From Candidatus Bipolaricaulota bacterium (GTDB lineage Bacteria; Patescibacteriota; Patescibacteriia; UBA11705; DATKZF01), in NCBI GenBank assembly GCA_035528115.1, contig DATKZF010000002.1, forward strand, positions 69,751 to 133,750: a stretch of 64,000 bases of DNA, given 5' to 3'. The notes beneath the pieces are model-generated. The model made no database searches. It was not told the origin of the DNA and saw only the letters and a list, made by a program, of their open reading frames with translations. Positions 17,314-27,946 of this stretch are shown piece by piece. Position 1 is the stretch's first letter. Every line of letters begins with the position of its first letter. A program made the position numbers and the translations under genes.

Positions 17314-18384
17314 ATGAAAGACCAAATTGATAAAATCAAAAAACAATTTCAAAAGCTGGAGCAAGATTTGCAGAATCCGGCCGTGATTAATGATCCTCAA
17401 AAAATAAAAAACGCGGCCAGTGAGCGCGCCAAGCTGACCGAAATCATCGAGGTTATCAGCGGCTACGAAAAGTCGCAAAAAAACTTGGCGCAGGCCAAAG
17501 AAACATTGGATGACAAAAATTCGGACGAAGAGCTGAAAGAACTGGCGAGAGCCGACATTGAAGACTTGGAAAATAAAATCGCGATCATGGCCGAACAAAT
17601 CAAGATTCATCTTCTGCCCAAAGATCCGAGAGACGAAAAAGACGTTATCGTGGAAATCCGAGCCGGCGCGGGCGGCGACGAGTCCGCGCTGTTCGCGGCC
17701 GATCTTTTCAGAATGTATTCGAAATACGCCGAAAGCAAAAACTGGAAAACATCGCTCCTTAGCGCCAACAGAATCGGCATCGGCGGTTTCAAAGAAGTGA
17801 TTTTCGAAATCAAAGGAAAAAGCGTTTTCGCCGACATGAAATACGAAATGGGCGTTCATCGCGTCCAAAGAGTGCCGGAGACTGAAAAACAAGGCCGAGT
17901 GCACACCTCCACGGCCACGGTGGCCGTACTGCCGCAAGCCGAAGAAGTCGATATTAAAATAGATCAAAAAGATCTGAGAATAGACACTTTTTGCGCCGGC
18001 GGACATGGCGGCCAGAGCGTCAACACCACTTACTCGGCTGTCAGGATCACTCACCTGCCCACCAATACCGTGGTCTCCTGCCAAGATGAACGTTCGCAAT
18101 CTCAAAACAAAGAAAAAGCCATGAGAGTCTTAAGATCAAGACTGCTTGAACTGGGAGAAGAAAAACACCACAAGGAAATTTCTCAAAATCGAAAAATGCA
18201 AGTCGGCTCGGGAGACAGATCCGAGAAAATCAGGACCTACAATTTTTCTCAAGACCGCATCACCGATCATCGCGTCAAACAAAACTGGTCGAACATTCAA
18301 ACCATTTTGGATGGAAATATCGGGCAAATAATTAAAACTCTCAAAGAAGAAGATGTTAAATTAAGGCTGGAAAAACAAAAATAA
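17314..18384 (+). CDS. prfA: Peptide chain release factor 1
   Basis: 356 aa. The RF1-specific tripeptide is in [17 protein letters not shown] (P-x-T). The GGQ motif is in [22 protein letters not shown]. Confidence 0.92.
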   Translation: MKDQIDKIKKQFQKLEQDLQNPAVINDPQKIKNAASERAKLTEIIEVISGYEKSQKNLAQAKETLDDKNSDEELKELARADIEDLENKIAIMAEQIKIHLLPKDPRDEKDVIVEIRAGAGGDESALFAADLFRMYSKYAESKNWKTSLLSANRIGIGGFKEVIFEIKGKSVFADMKYEMGVHRVQRVPETEKQGRVHTSTATVAVLPQAEEVDIKIDQKDLRIDTFCAGGHGGQSVNTTYSAVRITHLPTNTVVSCQDERSQSQNKEKAMRVLRSRLLELGEEKHHKEISQNRKMQVGSGDRSEKIRTYNFSQDRITDHRVKQNWSNIQTILDGNIGQIIKTLKEEDVKLRLEKQK

Positions 18385-18422
18385 ATCATGGGAATTGGAA
18401 AGCGGGAAATGAAAATTGAGGT

Positions 18423-19265
18423 ATGGACATCAAACAAGCGCTGGTAGTCGCCGCGCAAAAACTGAAAACGAAAAAAGTCATCAGCTCAGGACTTGACGCT
18501 GAAATTTTGCTGGCCTTTGTTTTAAAAAAAGATAAAGCATTTTTATATACTTATCCGGAGAAAAAATTGACCGCTTGGCAACTGAAAAAATTCAATCAAT
18601 TGATTTTGAAACGATCAAATCACCGGCCACTCGCCTATCTTGTCGGCCAAAAAGAATTTTACAAATTGAATTTCAAAGTAAATAACCAAGTGTTGATTCC
18701 TCGGCCGGAAACGGAACTTTTGGTTGACGAAGTTCTAAAACTCAATAAAAATCTGGTCGTCGCGGACATCGGAACCGGCTCCGGCTGCATTGCGGTCTCT
18801 TTGGCCAAAAACGGATTCAAACAAGTCTTGGCGACCGACTCTTCGAAGAAAGCCCTAAAAACCGCCAAGGAAAACGCCAAAAGCAACCAAACGGCGTCAA
18901 GGATCAAATTTTTCCCGGGCGACCTTTCCAAGCCTGTCGCCGATGGAAAACCCGAGATCATTTGCGCCAATCTGCCTTATTTATCAAATGAGATTTACAA
19001 ACAAAGCGTCAAGTCGTTCCCGGAAATAAAAAAAGAGCCGAGAACGGCGCTGATTGCCGCCGAAAAAGGTCTGTATTTTTATAAAAAACTGCTATCGCAA
19101 ATCGCGATTGCCAAACATCAACCTCAATACCTGTTTTTCGAAATTGATTCCGGCCAAAGCAGGGCGATCAAAAAAATTATTCGGTCTTTTTTAGAAACGA
19201 AATCAATCTTAATTAAAAAGGATTTATGCGGCCTCGATAGATTGGTTATAGTGAAACTCAAATAA
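18423..19265 (+). CDS. prmC: Release-factor glutamine N5-methyltransferase PrmC/HemK
   Basis: SAM-binding VVADIGTGSGCIAVSLA and the NPPY-type motif (ANLPY) are present. Adjacent to prfA. Confidence 0.82.
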   Translation: MDIKQALVVAAQKLKTKKVISSGLDAEILLAFVLKKDKAFLYTYPEKKLTAWQLKKFNQLILKRSNHRPLAYLVGQKEFYKLNFKVNNQVLIPRPETELLVDEVLKLNKNLVVADIGTGSGCIAVSLAKNGFKQVLATDSSKKALKTAKENAKSNQTASRIKFFPGDLSKPVADGKPEIICANLPYLSNEIYKQSVKSFPEIKKEPRTALIAAEKGLYFYKKLLSQIAIAKHQPQYLFFEIDSGQSRAIKKIIRSFLETKSILIKKDLCGLDRLVIVKLK

Positions 19266-19267
19266 AC

Positions 19268-19310
19268 AAAAGACGGCTCGCCGCTCTCGAGCGACGGGCC
19301 GTCTTTTTAT
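19268..19310 (+). terminator. Rho-independent terminator after prmC
   Basis: AAAGACGGCTCGCCGCTCTCGAGCGACGGGCCGTCTTTTTATTTT forms a long GC hairpin followed by a T-run. Confidence 0.65.
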
Positions 19311-19326
19311 TTTCAGAAAGCTGAAT

Positions 19327-20046
19327 TTATCTGATTTTGCCAAAAGCTTTGGTTCCGTTAAAAACGGGATGCGTTTTATTGGCAAAATTATCAGCCAATT
19401 TGCTTTTAAGCAACTCCGAAACCCTATCCGCCTGATCGCTTGAAATTACGTTCTGATCCACCAATTCCTGCAAATCCGACCTGAAATCAATCGCGAAATT
19501 ATCGCGAGGACCTTTCATTTCGCCTATTTGCGGAGCTGAAGATATTTTATCGTATTGCTCCCGCGTAATGGACCCTGATGAAAGCAAATCCTGCAAATGC
19601 GCGGTTTGAATGGCCTTTCTTCTCTCGGCCATTTTGTCATGAAACTCCTGAGCCGTGAAGCCCGCTTGTTTGACCAAATCCGGCAATTTGGAGCCATTGT
19701 CAAGCGCGTCTTTTAATTCAACAACGGAAATGTCCAGCAATTCAGCCTGAGCGGCTAGAATTTTGTCCTTAAGCTCCGTGTCCCACTTGGCGGCTTGCTC
19801 CATTTTAGCCAATTTATCAATCATCTCTTGCTGAGTAATTTTTCCGGCCGTCACCATGTCTTCAAGTTTTGCTTGAAAACCTTCCAATGTTTGATCACCC
19901 AAATTCTTATTCAATCTCATGCCCAGGCCATCTTTGGAATCCTGCGCGAACATCATGGCGTCATCGAACGCCAAAGCGTTCGTTGAAAAAAGCAAGACGA
20001 AAAGCACGGAAGATGAAACGACCAACTTAATTTTTTGTTTTTTCAT
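19327..20046 (-). CDS. Secreted helical hypothetical protein (signal peptide; start at the internal ATG at 20046)
   Basis: MKKQKIKLVVSSSVLFVLLFSTNALA is a signal-peptide-like N-terminus. The rest is charged and helical, with no family recognised. Confidence 0.4.
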   Translation of the reverse strand: MKKQKIKLVVSSSVLFVLLFSTNALAFDDAMMFAQDSKDGLGMRLNKNLGDQTLEGFQAKLEDMVTAGKITQQEMIDKLAKMEQAAKWDTELKDKILAAQAELLDISVVELKDALDNGSKLPDLVKQAGFTAQEFHDKMAERRKAIQTAHLQDLLSSGSITREQYDKISSAPQIGEMKGPRDNFAIDFRSDLQELVDQNVISSDQADRVSELLKSKLADNFANKTHPVFNGTKAFGKIR

Positions 20047-20209
20047 AAATCCATGACGAACCGATCTGAACGCTTCGAGAATTATTATCCGCAAAGACGC
20101 GATCAGCCGCCAATTTTTATTATTAAACATCTCGAGATTTTCGCAACTGTTTAATAATACAAAAACGCGGCATTTTTATTTCACCCGCGTTTTTCCGCCA
20201 TATTTTGAT

Positions 20210-20911
20210 TTATCTTTGAATCTTGATGACGTCGCTGTATGTTGATTCCAATTCGCTTAAAAAACTCTCCGACCAATCCCCTTCCGCTTTGGCGATATAG
20301 ACCGTTTTTTCTTCACTCTCCGCGAAATTTATATCATAAGAAGCGAAGGATTGCGATAATTGCTCCGGATAATACGCCGTCTTGTAACAAATTCGCCAAA
20401 TCGGCGGCTCCATGGCATTCAATTCTTTAACATCATCTTCCGCCTTTAAAAAAATCAGCGTTTTTTCTCTGTCTTCCACGCCGATATTTATGTCAAAACA
20501 ATTTTTTGCGGCCAAATCCGATATTTTAAGATCCGCGGACGCGTCGATATCCGATAAAAAGTCTTTGATATTATTATAAGTCTCGGCGGGATTTTCTTTT
20601 AAAAAGTATTCCGAAAAATAAATACCCGGCGCCAGCGCTTCCTCGGCCGGCGCCTCTGACGCTTTAACCTTGACCTTGATGGCCTCGGCCAATTGCATTA
20701 GTTTGAATCTATAAAAAGGATTGTTTTCCTGATTCGTGGCGAATTGATAAAATTGCTCGGCCGGATCCTCGGCATCGGGATTTTCAGGTTTATTGAGATT
20801 GGCGAAATAAATCACAAAACCGGCGATAAAAATCACCACCACACCGATCAAATAAATATTGTCTCTTTTTCCGTCGTTTTTTTTATCTCTTTTTGACCAC
20901 ATAAAAATCAT
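20210..20911 (-). CDS. Membrane-anchored hypothetical protein
   Basis: 233 aa with one N-terminal TM helix. ATGA overlap with the stop of the upstream gene (20908..21987) suggests translational coupling. Confidence 0.4.
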   Translation of the reverse strand: MIFMWSKRDKKNDGKRDNIYLIGVVVIFIAGFVIYFANLNKPENPDAEDPAEQFYQFATNQENNPFYRFKLMQLAEAIKVKVKASEAPAEEALAPGIYFSEYFLKENPAETYNNIKDFLSDIDASADLKISDLAAKNCFDINIGVEDREKTLIFLKAEDDVKELNAMEPPIWRICYKTAYYPEQLSQSFASYDINFAESEEKTVYIAKAEGDWSESFLSELESTYSDVIKIQR

Positions 20912-21987
20912 TGATACTCCGCCTCTTGATAATTATCGGGAACTATATTAATCCATGTTCTGCCGCGATTCATTTGAAATTCTTCTCCACTCTCATCGAA
21001 AAAGCTCAAACGATCCTGATTTGATTCTTTTTTCCAAACGCCGGGTTTGGCCAAACCGTCTTGGAACAACACCGCTTGTCCGCTCCCTACGGTTTGAGTG
21101 CGCAACCGGCCGTAATCGTCAATGACGGCAACCTCCGCGTAAACCACGACCACGTTTTTGGCGCTAAGGCTTTGACCGGCAAGCGTCCGATATATTTTTC
21201 CGGATTGAAATCTCAAATAACCGTTATCCAAAGGATCATATTCCCAAATCACGTCATAATTGTAAGCGTTGTAATGCACTGTCACCGATTGCGAAATCGG
21301 ACGATCGTTTTTATCCGCATCGTCTTTGAACGGCCAAGCGTCGAATTCTTCTCCGTCATCCCATTCGTTGTTTCTGCGCGCGTCCCTTAAAAGCTCCGTC
21401 GAAGTATAGACGTTATGCGGCGCGTATCTATCCGCTGAGCGCCAAAAGTATCTGCCATTATAAAATTGATCCAAATTTTTCACCTCAGCCGAGCCGAGCT
21501 GATCGAGCGCTTGCGGACTGCCGCCGACGTGGGCATAGACCGCGTCGAACTCTTCCGCCCAATTTATGTAATAAGGCCGCGCCGACCTGACCGGACCGAT
21601 TTGGGAAACTTCGGCCATGCCCGGAAATATCGCCAAAAACCTGGTAATCGCGCCCTCGGCCACCGCTTCGAAAACAATGCTGGCTTGATCGATTCCGGAC
21701 ACGGGACGGGCATCGATATTATTTTCCACCATGACGCCGAACGGACGAAGTGTCATCGAATCTTTATTTTCCAAACAAACTCCATCGAGCGGACTTTGGT
21801 ACTCGCAATCCGCCGTCAAATCAGCCTTTTCTTTTTTTTCAGACGGCTCAACGGATTCCGTCGAAGACAACGCCGGCGGAATCAAATAAAAAACGCCGAT
21901 GGCGATCAACAGCGCTCCGCCGTATACCAACAACCAAACAATATCTTTATTTCGATACCATTTTTCTTCCGATTTTTTCATATGCAA
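20908..21987 (-). CDS. Membrane-anchored extracytoplasmic protein (possibly DUF3048/YerB-like)
   Basis: 359 aa, N-terminal TM then a large soluble domain. The family resemblance is weak and from memory only. Confidence 0.35.
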   Translation of the reverse strand: MHMKKSEEKWYRNKDIVWLLVYGGALLIAIGVFYLIPPALSSTESVEPSEKKEKADLTADCEYQSPLDGVCLENKDSMTLRPFGVMVENNIDARPVSGIDQASIVFEAVAEGAITRFLAIFPGMAEVSQIGPVRSARPYYINWAEEFDAVYAHVGGSPQALDQLGSAEVKNLDQFYNGRYFWRSADRYAPHNVYTSTELLRDARRNNEWDDGEEFDAWPFKDDADKNDRPISQSVTVHYNAYNYDVIWEYDPLDNGYLRFQSGKIYRTLAGQSLSAKNVVVVYAEVAVIDDYGRLRTQTVGSGQAVLFQDGLAKPGVWKKESNQDRLSFFDESGEEFQMNRGRTWINIVPDNYQEAEYQ

Positions 21988-22063
21988 AAAATAAAAGCGT
22001 CCATTAAAGACACTTTTATTCTATCATATTTTTTTAAATAACGCATTGGGTCAAACGTTTCAA

Positions 22064-22762
22064 TTATTTACCGGACGATCCTTTTTCTTTTCCTTTCTCA
22101 TTTTCTTTCTCCCCTTCCTCTTCCTTTTCCTTTTCACCGGCCACTTCAACCTTCTTCATTTCATCTTCCAAAACAGCGGCAGTTTCAACTTTTTCTTCTT
22201 CAGGCTCGGTGACAAACACAACGACATCATCCATTTTGTCCAAAACCTCTATTTCCGCCGGCAGATTCAAATCTTTAACGTAAATCAAATCGTCAAAATT
22301 TTTCAACCCGCCAAGATCCACCTTCAACTCAGCCACCTTTTCAAGATCCGCGGGCAAACAACGGATCGAAAGACGATCGATATTTTTAATCACAATGCCG
22401 CCATAAGCTTTAACGACCGGCGCTTCATTGATAAATTCAATTTCAACCTCCGCTTCAATTTTTTGTCCGCGTTTGGTTTGATAAAAATCAACGCTCATCG
22501 GCGCGTCGCTCACCGAATCATAACTGATGTGTTTGATCAAAACTTCAATAGGCTTCGCTGAACCGGCGATATTGAGTTCGATCAAACCGCTTTCTCCGAT
22601 CTTGTCGTACACTTTATCCAATTCCCTTCGATCGATTGAAACCAGTTTGTTCTCTTTTAATTCCGGTCCATAAATAACGCCCGGAACGAGATTATTCTTC
22701 CTTAATGATTTGACTTTTTTACCCGTCAATTCTCGATTTTCGACGGCCAGCGCGTATGGCAT
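22064..22762 (-). CDS. rplY: 50S ribosomal protein L25 / general stress protein Ctc, with acidic Glu/Lys-rich C-terminal tail
   Basis: The N-terminal roughly 190 aa match the L25/Ctc two-domain fold (ENRELTGKKVKSLRKNNLVPGVIYG...). The C-terminal EKEKEEEGEKENEKGKEKGSSGK tail is low-complexity. Confidence 0.75.
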   Translation of the reverse strand: MPYALAVENRELTGKKVKSLRKNNLVPGVIYGPELKENKLVSIDRRELDKVYDKIGESGLIELNIAGSAKPIEVLIKHISYDSVSDAPMSVDFYQTKRGQKIEAEVEIEFINEAPVVKAYGGIVIKNIDRLSIRCLPADLEKVAELKVDLGGLKNFDDLIYVKDLNLPAEIEVLDKMDDVVVFVTEPEEEKVETAAVLEDEMKKVEVAGEKEKEEEGEKENEKGKEKGSSGK

Positions 22763-22764
22763 AA

Positions 22765-23106
22765 TTATTTCTTTATTATTTCTAAAAATTTGTTCGAATT
22801 ATTAATCTTCTCTCTGATATCCAAAACCTCATCGGCGCTCACCGGATTGCCCCGCAAATATTTCAGCGCCTCTTCACTATCCAATTCAGTGACCAGACCG
22901 ACACTGCTTATACCCTTGGCTCCGGCGATAATCAACACCAGCAAACAATTTTTACATTTCCTGCATTGCAAATGAAGCAAATGCGCGTTTTCCTTTTCAT
23001 CGACAACATTTATCTCCGAAGGGTAATAAACCGCTTTGCAAACCGGGCAATTGCTGATTATTTTTAATGAAGAATTTTGTGATAACATACTCTCCTTATT
23101 GAACAA
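22765..23106 (-). CDS. Small zinc-ribbon hypothetical protein
   Basis: 113 aa with CPVC...CRKCKNC. No family recognised. The stop abuts the rplY start. Confidence 0.35.
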   Translation of the reverse strand: MFNKESMLSQNSSLKIISNCPVCKAVYYPSEINVVDEKENAHLLHLQCRKCKNCLLVLIIAGAKGISSVGLVTELDSEEALKYLRGNPVSADEVLDIREKINNSNKFLEIIKK

Positions 23107-23142
23107 GCATAACTTAAAAAAATAAATCAGTCAAGCGAATAA

Positions 23143-24240
23143 TTACTTATCGCTGCGCACGATAATGCTCTCGCCAACGCCCAAAATTGCCAAACTTATC
23201 AATAAAAAGCTGCCTCCGGAGCTCAGCAAAGGCAAAGAAATTCCGGTCACCGGCACCATGCCCATATTCATGCCTATATTAACGAAAATATGAAAAAAGA
23301 ATAATACGGTGATTCCGAGCAACGCGAACATGGCAAAGTCATTCGGCGCTTTTTTGGCCGCGATAACCAAACGGTAAAAAATCACGCCCCACAGCCCCAA
23401 CACCAGAAAAACTCCAAAAAAGCCAAGCTCTTCGGCAATAACCGCAAAAATGAAATCCGTCTGGCTCTCGGGTATAAAACGCAATTGGCTTTGCGAGCCG
23501 AAACCCAGCCCCCTACCCAAGAATTGCCCGGAACCGACGGCGATCATTGACTGAGCCACATTATAACCGCTGCCGAGCGGGTCGTTCTCCGGATGCATGA
23601 AAGTGAAAATCCTGTCTTTTTGATAATCCTTTAAAACGAAAAGCCAGCTCGACATAGAGATAACGCAAACAGCCAAAAGCAACACGGCAATATATCTTTT
23701 CTTCACTCCGGTCGTCAAAAGCAACACGAACCAAATGGCGACAAGCACCATCGCCGAGCCCAAATCCGGCTGAAGCAATATCAACATCACAAAAATCAAA
23801 ACGCCGGCCAAACTGACGATCACATGTTTTAATTGATTGAAATGCTGGTATCGATTGCTGAAAAATTTAGCCAAGAAAAAAATCAAAGCGATTTTCGCCA
23901 GCTCGACCGGCTGAAAACCGAAATTGCCAATGGCGAACCAACCGGTCGTGCCTCTGATATTCTCTCCGAAAATCAAAACCAAAAACAACAAAATCAAGGT
24001 TAAAATGTAAATCACGCGGCTGTATGAACGAAAAAAAATATAATTAAAAAAACTGAAAAAGAAAAAAACCGCCAAACCGATGCCCACGAAAATAAGCTGG
24101 CGATTGAATGCGGCCGCTCCCTCGCCTTCCTGATTCAAACTAACGCTGTAAATGGCGCTAAGCCCGAGCACGAGCAATAAAAAAATCGCCGTGAACAAAA
24201 TCCAGTCGAATTTTTTCAATTTTTGAATGATTCCGTACAT
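23143..24240 (-). CDS. rodA: SEDS-family peptidoglycan polymerase (RodA/FtsW-like); second copy in the window
   Basis: 365 aa, about 10 TM. GSGYNVAQSMIAVGSGQFLGRGLGFGSQ and IPESQTDFIFAVIAEELGFFG are conserved SEDS motifs. The other SEDS gene lies in the mur cluster at 50525. Confidence 0.8.
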   Translation of the reverse strand: MYGIIQKLKKFDWILFTAIFLLLVLGLSAIYSVSLNQEGEGAAAFNRQLIFVGIGLAVFFFFSFFNYIFFRSYSRVIYILTLILLFLVLIFGENIRGTTGWFAIGNFGFQPVELAKIALIFFLAKFFSNRYQHFNQLKHVIVSLAGVLIFVMLILLQPDLGSAMVLVAIWFVLLLTTGVKKRYIAVLLLAVCVISMSSWLFVLKDYQKDRIFTFMHPENDPLGSGYNVAQSMIAVGSGQFLGRGLGFGSQSQLRFIPESQTDFIFAVIAEELGFFGVFLVLGLWGVIFYRLVIAAKKAPNDFAMFALLGITVLFFFHIFVNIGMNMGMVPVTGISLPLLSSGGSFLLISLAILGVGESIIVRSDK

Positions 24241-24325
24241 AATAACATCTTATGGCATCGGCGGCATTTTATCAATATTAAAAAAAACGCCTCAAAGAAA
24301 GCGTCGACTCAAAGTCAATTCGGCC

Positions 24326-25276
24326 TTATTTTTGCTCGCCGATAATTTCCTTAAACCCTTTGAAGGAATCCGGATTCAAAATATCGAGCTGGGGAATCAC
24401 GGACACTTTGTTTACGGCCGGCAAAATGCCCGGCCAATTTATGGTAATGTCCCGCTGCTCGAGCGAGTCCAAACTGTCCAGATGAAAAGTGTTGATCGCG
24501 CGAAGCTGCGTGCCGCCATACAATAAAATGATCAAATCCACGTCCCAATAATTTTGAGGAGAAGAATTTTTTATTTTGAATTTGACCTGATTGATCGGCT
24601 GGCTGCCTTCGATTCCCGATTGACCGGACGGCACGTACTCGACATCGGTGACATCAAATCTGAGCAACTCGTCTTGCAACAACTGGAAATTCGGTTCTTT
24701 TTTCCATTTGAGACTATCAATCACCAATTCAGCCGCCAGCCCGGACGCCGGCCGGCTTTGATTGAGTTCGGCGATATAAGTGACCGAACCCGGTAAAACA
24801 AAAGCTGTTTTCGTTTCCGTATTCTCATTGCCGAAGACAAAATGATATCTTAACTCTCTGACATACCAATTGTCGTTTAAGTTCGATACTTTCGACAGCA
24901 AGTCATAATTATCTTTCGCTTTAAGCACCTTAACATCATCTATCTCAATGCCGGAAGGAGTGCTTATCTGATCAATATAATTCCAATTCAAACTGACGGC
25001 TCTGGGCTGATACAATCTTTTATTGGCAGAATGACTTAACACATAATAATCCAGGACGCCCCACATTCCGTACAATAAAAACGCTCCGGCCACGGTTAAA
25101 AAGAAAATCAGAGCGATATTTTTTACCGTTGATTTGTTGCCGACCCACCAATAGCCGAATTGCAATCTCGAATCAACCTGTTGCCGGGGACTTTTGGAAT
25201 CGGCGATAACCTCTTTTTTTCCGGAGACCGCCATTGGCGGTTGTTTTTGCTTTCCGTTATTCACGAAAAATGGCAT
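24326..25276 (-). CDS. Membrane-anchored hypothetical protein
   Basis: 316 aa with a single TM near the N-terminus and a soluble beta-rich domain. No family recognised. Confidence 0.35.
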   Translation of the reverse strand: MPFFVNNGKQKQPPMAVSGKKEVIADSKSPRQQVDSRLQFGYWWVGNKSTVKNIALIFFLTVAGAFLLYGMWGVLDYYVLSHSANKRLYQPRAVSLNWNYIDQISTPSGIEIDDVKVLKAKDNYDLLSKVSNLNDNWYVRELRYHFVFGNENTETKTAFVLPGSVTYIAELNQSRPASGLAAELVIDSLKWKKEPNFQLLQDELLRFDVTDVEYVPSGQSGIEGSQPINQVKFKIKNSSPQNYWDVDLIILLYGGTQLRAINTFHLDSLDSLEQRDITINWPGILPAVNKVSVIPQLDILNPDSFKGFKEIIGEQK

Positions 25277-25483
25277 ATCAAATTTATTATAACATAATTT
25301 TATGTGAATGGTAATTGGTAATGGGTAATTTATAAGGCGGTAGCTTGTAGCTTCTTAGCTGGTTACAACCTAATAAGCTAAAAAGCTACAAGCTCTAATT
25401 CATTCTCCATCACAAAGCTCTTAACAATCCTCTCAATCTCTGCTATAATGTTCTTGTAGTAATTTTCATAAATCAGCATATTT

Positions 25484-27532
25484 ATGCCCCTAAAAAAACC
25501 TCCGGTAAAAACCAAAAACGACAACCAGAAAATATCCTATACGGCCGAACAAATCACTGTGCTTGAAGGCCTGGATCCGGTCAGAAAAAGACCGGGCATG
25601 TACATCGGCAATACGTCCAGCGAAGGTCTGCACCATTTAATTTGGGAAGTGGTGGACAATTCCATCGATGAAGCCATGGCCGGCTATTGCGATCATATCA
25701 TCGTCAGGATTTTGCCCGACAATATGATCGAGGTGACGGACAACGGCCGCGGCATTCCGGTTGATATTCACAAACAAACGAAAAAATCAGCGCTGGAAAC
25801 CGTCATGACCGTTTTGCACGCCGGCGGTAAATTCGGCCAAGGCGGGTATAAAGTATCGGGCGGCTTGCACGGCGTGGGCGTCAGCGTGGTTAACGCTCTT
25901 TCCAAATGGACCAAAGCCGAAGTAAAACGAGACGGTTATTTGTACGAGCAAGAATATAAAATCGGCAAACCGCAAAAAAACGTAAAGAAAGTCGGAGCCA
26001 TAAACAAACCATCCAAAATGGATCCCCTGGATCCGGGAGAATCTTTCGACCACGGCACGCGAATCACTTTCCAACCTGACGACACCATTTTCACGGAAAC
26101 CGAATTTAAGTGGGAAAAAATACTGAGCCATTTAAGACAACAAGCCTTCTTAACCAAAGGGGTTAAACTTACGATCATCGACATCAAGGATAAAAAAAAT
26201 CCCGGGCTTTATAATTTCTATTTTGAAGGTGGCATCGCGACCTATGTCAAAATGCTGAACAGAAACGACGAATCCAAACACGAAAATATTTTTTACGTCA
26301 ATAAAACCATGGATGAAATAGATGTAGAAATCGCTTTGCGCTATACGGCCGAATACCAAGAAACCGTGCTGGCCTTCACGAATAATATTCAAAATCCGGA
26401 AGGCGGCACTCATTTAATCGGCTTCAAAACAGGTTTGACGAGGACATTGAATTCATACGCCAGAAAACATAATATTTTGAAAGAAAAAGACGAGAATTTG
26501 ACCGGCGAAGACACGCGAGAAGGATTGACCGCCATTATCAATGTCAAAATAAAAGATCCGCAGTTTGAAGGACAAACCAAAGCCAAATTGGGCAATGCCG
26601 AAGTGCGGCCCGCGGTTGACACCGTTTTATCCGAAGCCTTGGAAACATTCCTTGAAGAACACCCAAGAGACGCCGAAGCTATTATCGGCAAAGCCTTGCT
26701 GGCAGCGCAAGCGCGTCGCGCATCCAGAGCGGCCAGAGAAACCGTTTTGAGAAAAGGCGTGCTCGACGGTTTTGCCTTGCCCGGCAAACTGGCGGATTGC
26801 TCCAGCAGAAAAGCTGAAAATTGCGAAATCTTCATTGTTGAGGGAGACTCGGCCGGCGGCAGCGCCAAACAAGGCAGAAACAGGGAATTTCAAGCCATAC
26901 TCCCCTTGCGCGGAAAAATCATCAACGTTGAAAAAGCGCGGCTGGATAAAATATTGGCGAACACGGAAATCAAAGCCATGATTATCGCCATGGGCACCAA
27001 TGTCGGCGAACAATTTGATATTGAGAAACTAAGATACAATAAAATCGTCATCATGACCGATGCGGACGTGGACGGCGCTCATATCAGAACGCTGCTGCTC
27101 ACGTTATTTTATCGATACTTCCCGGAATTAATCACCAAAGGACATATTTTCATCGCCCAGCCGCCGCTTTTCAGCATCAAACGCGGCAAGGAGATGGTCT
27201 ATGTTTACACCGAACAAGAAAAAGATGCGGCCATAAGCCGCATGGCCAAAACCAAAGTCACGAGTAAAATAAAAGAAACGCCGGTCGCGGAAGACTCCTC
27301 AATCAACGAACAAGGCCTGACTATTCAGCGATACAAAGGTTTGGGAGAAATGAATCCGGATCAGCTGTGGCAGACAACCATGGACCCGGAGACCAGATTC
27401 ATGAAGCAAGTGATGATCGAAGACGCGGAAAAAGCCGATGAGATTTTCGACATTTTAATGGGTTCGGAGGTCGGCCCGAGAAAAAAATTCATTCAAACCC
27501 ACGCCAAATCCGTGGAAAATCTTGATATTTAA
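25484..27532 (+). CDS. gyrB: DNA gyrase subunit B
   Basis: 682 aa. It has the GHKL ATPase (EVVDNSIDEAMAGYCDHIIVRI...DNGRGIP) and the Toprim motif (EIFIVEGDSAGGSAKQGR). The C-terminal LGEMNPDQLWQTTMDP motif is also present. Confidence 0.92.
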   Translation: MPLKKPPVKTKNDNQKISYTAEQITVLEGLDPVRKRPGMYIGNTSSEGLHHLIWEVVDNSIDEAMAGYCDHIIVRILPDNMIEVTDNGRGIPVDIHKQTKKSALETVMTVLHAGGKFGQGGYKVSGGLHGVGVSVVNALSKWTKAEVKRDGYLYEQEYKIGKPQKNVKKVGAINKPSKMDPLDPGESFDHGTRITFQPDDTIFTETEFKWEKILSHLRQQAFLTKGVKLTIIDIKDKKNPGLYNFYFEGGIATYVKMLNRNDESKHENIFYVNKTMDEIDVEIALRYTAEYQETVLAFTNNIQNPEGGTHLIGFKTGLTRTLNSYARKHNILKEKDENLTGEDTREGLTAIINVKIKDPQFEGQTKAKLGNAEVRPAVDTVLSEALETFLEEHPRDAEAIIGKALLAAQARRASRAARETVLRKGVLDGFALPGKLADCSSRKAENCEIFIVEGDSAGGSAKQGRNREFQAILPLRGKIINVEKARLDKILANTEIKAMIIAMGTNVGEQFDIEKLRYNKIVIMTDADVDGAHIRTLLLTLFYRYFPELITKGHIFIAQPPLFSIKRGKEMVYVYTEQEKDAAISRMAKTKVTSKIKETPVAEDSSINEQGLTIQRYKGLGEMNPDQLWQTTMDPETRFMKQVMIEDAEKADEIFDILMGSEVGPRKKFIQTHAKSVENLDI

Positions 27533-27540
27533 GATAATAA

Positions 27541-27575
27541 GCCCGTCGTAAAATGACGGGCTCATGCTTATAAAA
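27541..27575 (+). terminator. Rho-independent terminator after gyrB
   Basis: GCCCGTCGTAAAATGACGGGC hairpin followed by a T-rich stretch. Confidence 0.55.
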
Positions 27576-27729
27576 AACGTTTTATTTGACCACTTGCGCT
27601 AATTGATAAATTAGTGTATAGTAAAAGCATCAAAAATAGCCGGTCAAAAGGCTATTTTTAAGACCAAAAAATAATCAAACAACCCAGCCGCGAAAAGAAG
27701 TGTCTTTTCCAAGCTGATAATCAACCCAT

Positions 27730-27918
27730 ATGGAAAAAACCAATCGACTCGTACAATATTTGAAAGAGTCAAAAACGGAAATGAAAAAAGTATCATGGCC
27801 CACCAAAAAGGAAACCATGAAACACACCATGATCGTCATCGGCGTCAGCTTGGGCGTGGCCTTGTTTTTGGGAGCCCTGGATTTTTTATTTTCCTGGGCA
27901 ATCGGTTTATTCCTTTAA
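27730..27918 (+). CDS. secE: Preprotein translocase subunit SecE
   Basis: 62 aa with a single C-terminal TM. It sits directly upstream of nusG, which is the conserved arrangement. Confidence 0.75.
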   Translation: MEKTNRLVQYLKESKTEMKKVSWPTKKETMKHTMIVIGVSLGVALFLGALDFLFSWAIGLFL

Positions 27919-27946
27919 TCATCGCGAATAATAAATCATTAAACAT

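Noticed and set aside
17278-18105. 275-aa minus-strand ORF antisense to prfA
   Set aside because: Phe/Arg-rich antisense artefact. prfA on the plus strand has GGQ and PxT motifs.
22046-22561. 171-aa plus-strand ORF antisense to rplY
   Set aside because: Phe/Leu-rich low-complexity translation. rplY on the minus strand matches L25/Ctc.
27533-27729. Possible tRNA between gyrB and secE (tRNA-Trp often precedes secE)
   Set aside because: No acceptor or T-arm pairing could be built by hand. Only terminator-like hairpins (GCCCGTCGTAAAATGACGGGC, AATAGCC..GGCTATT) are present.
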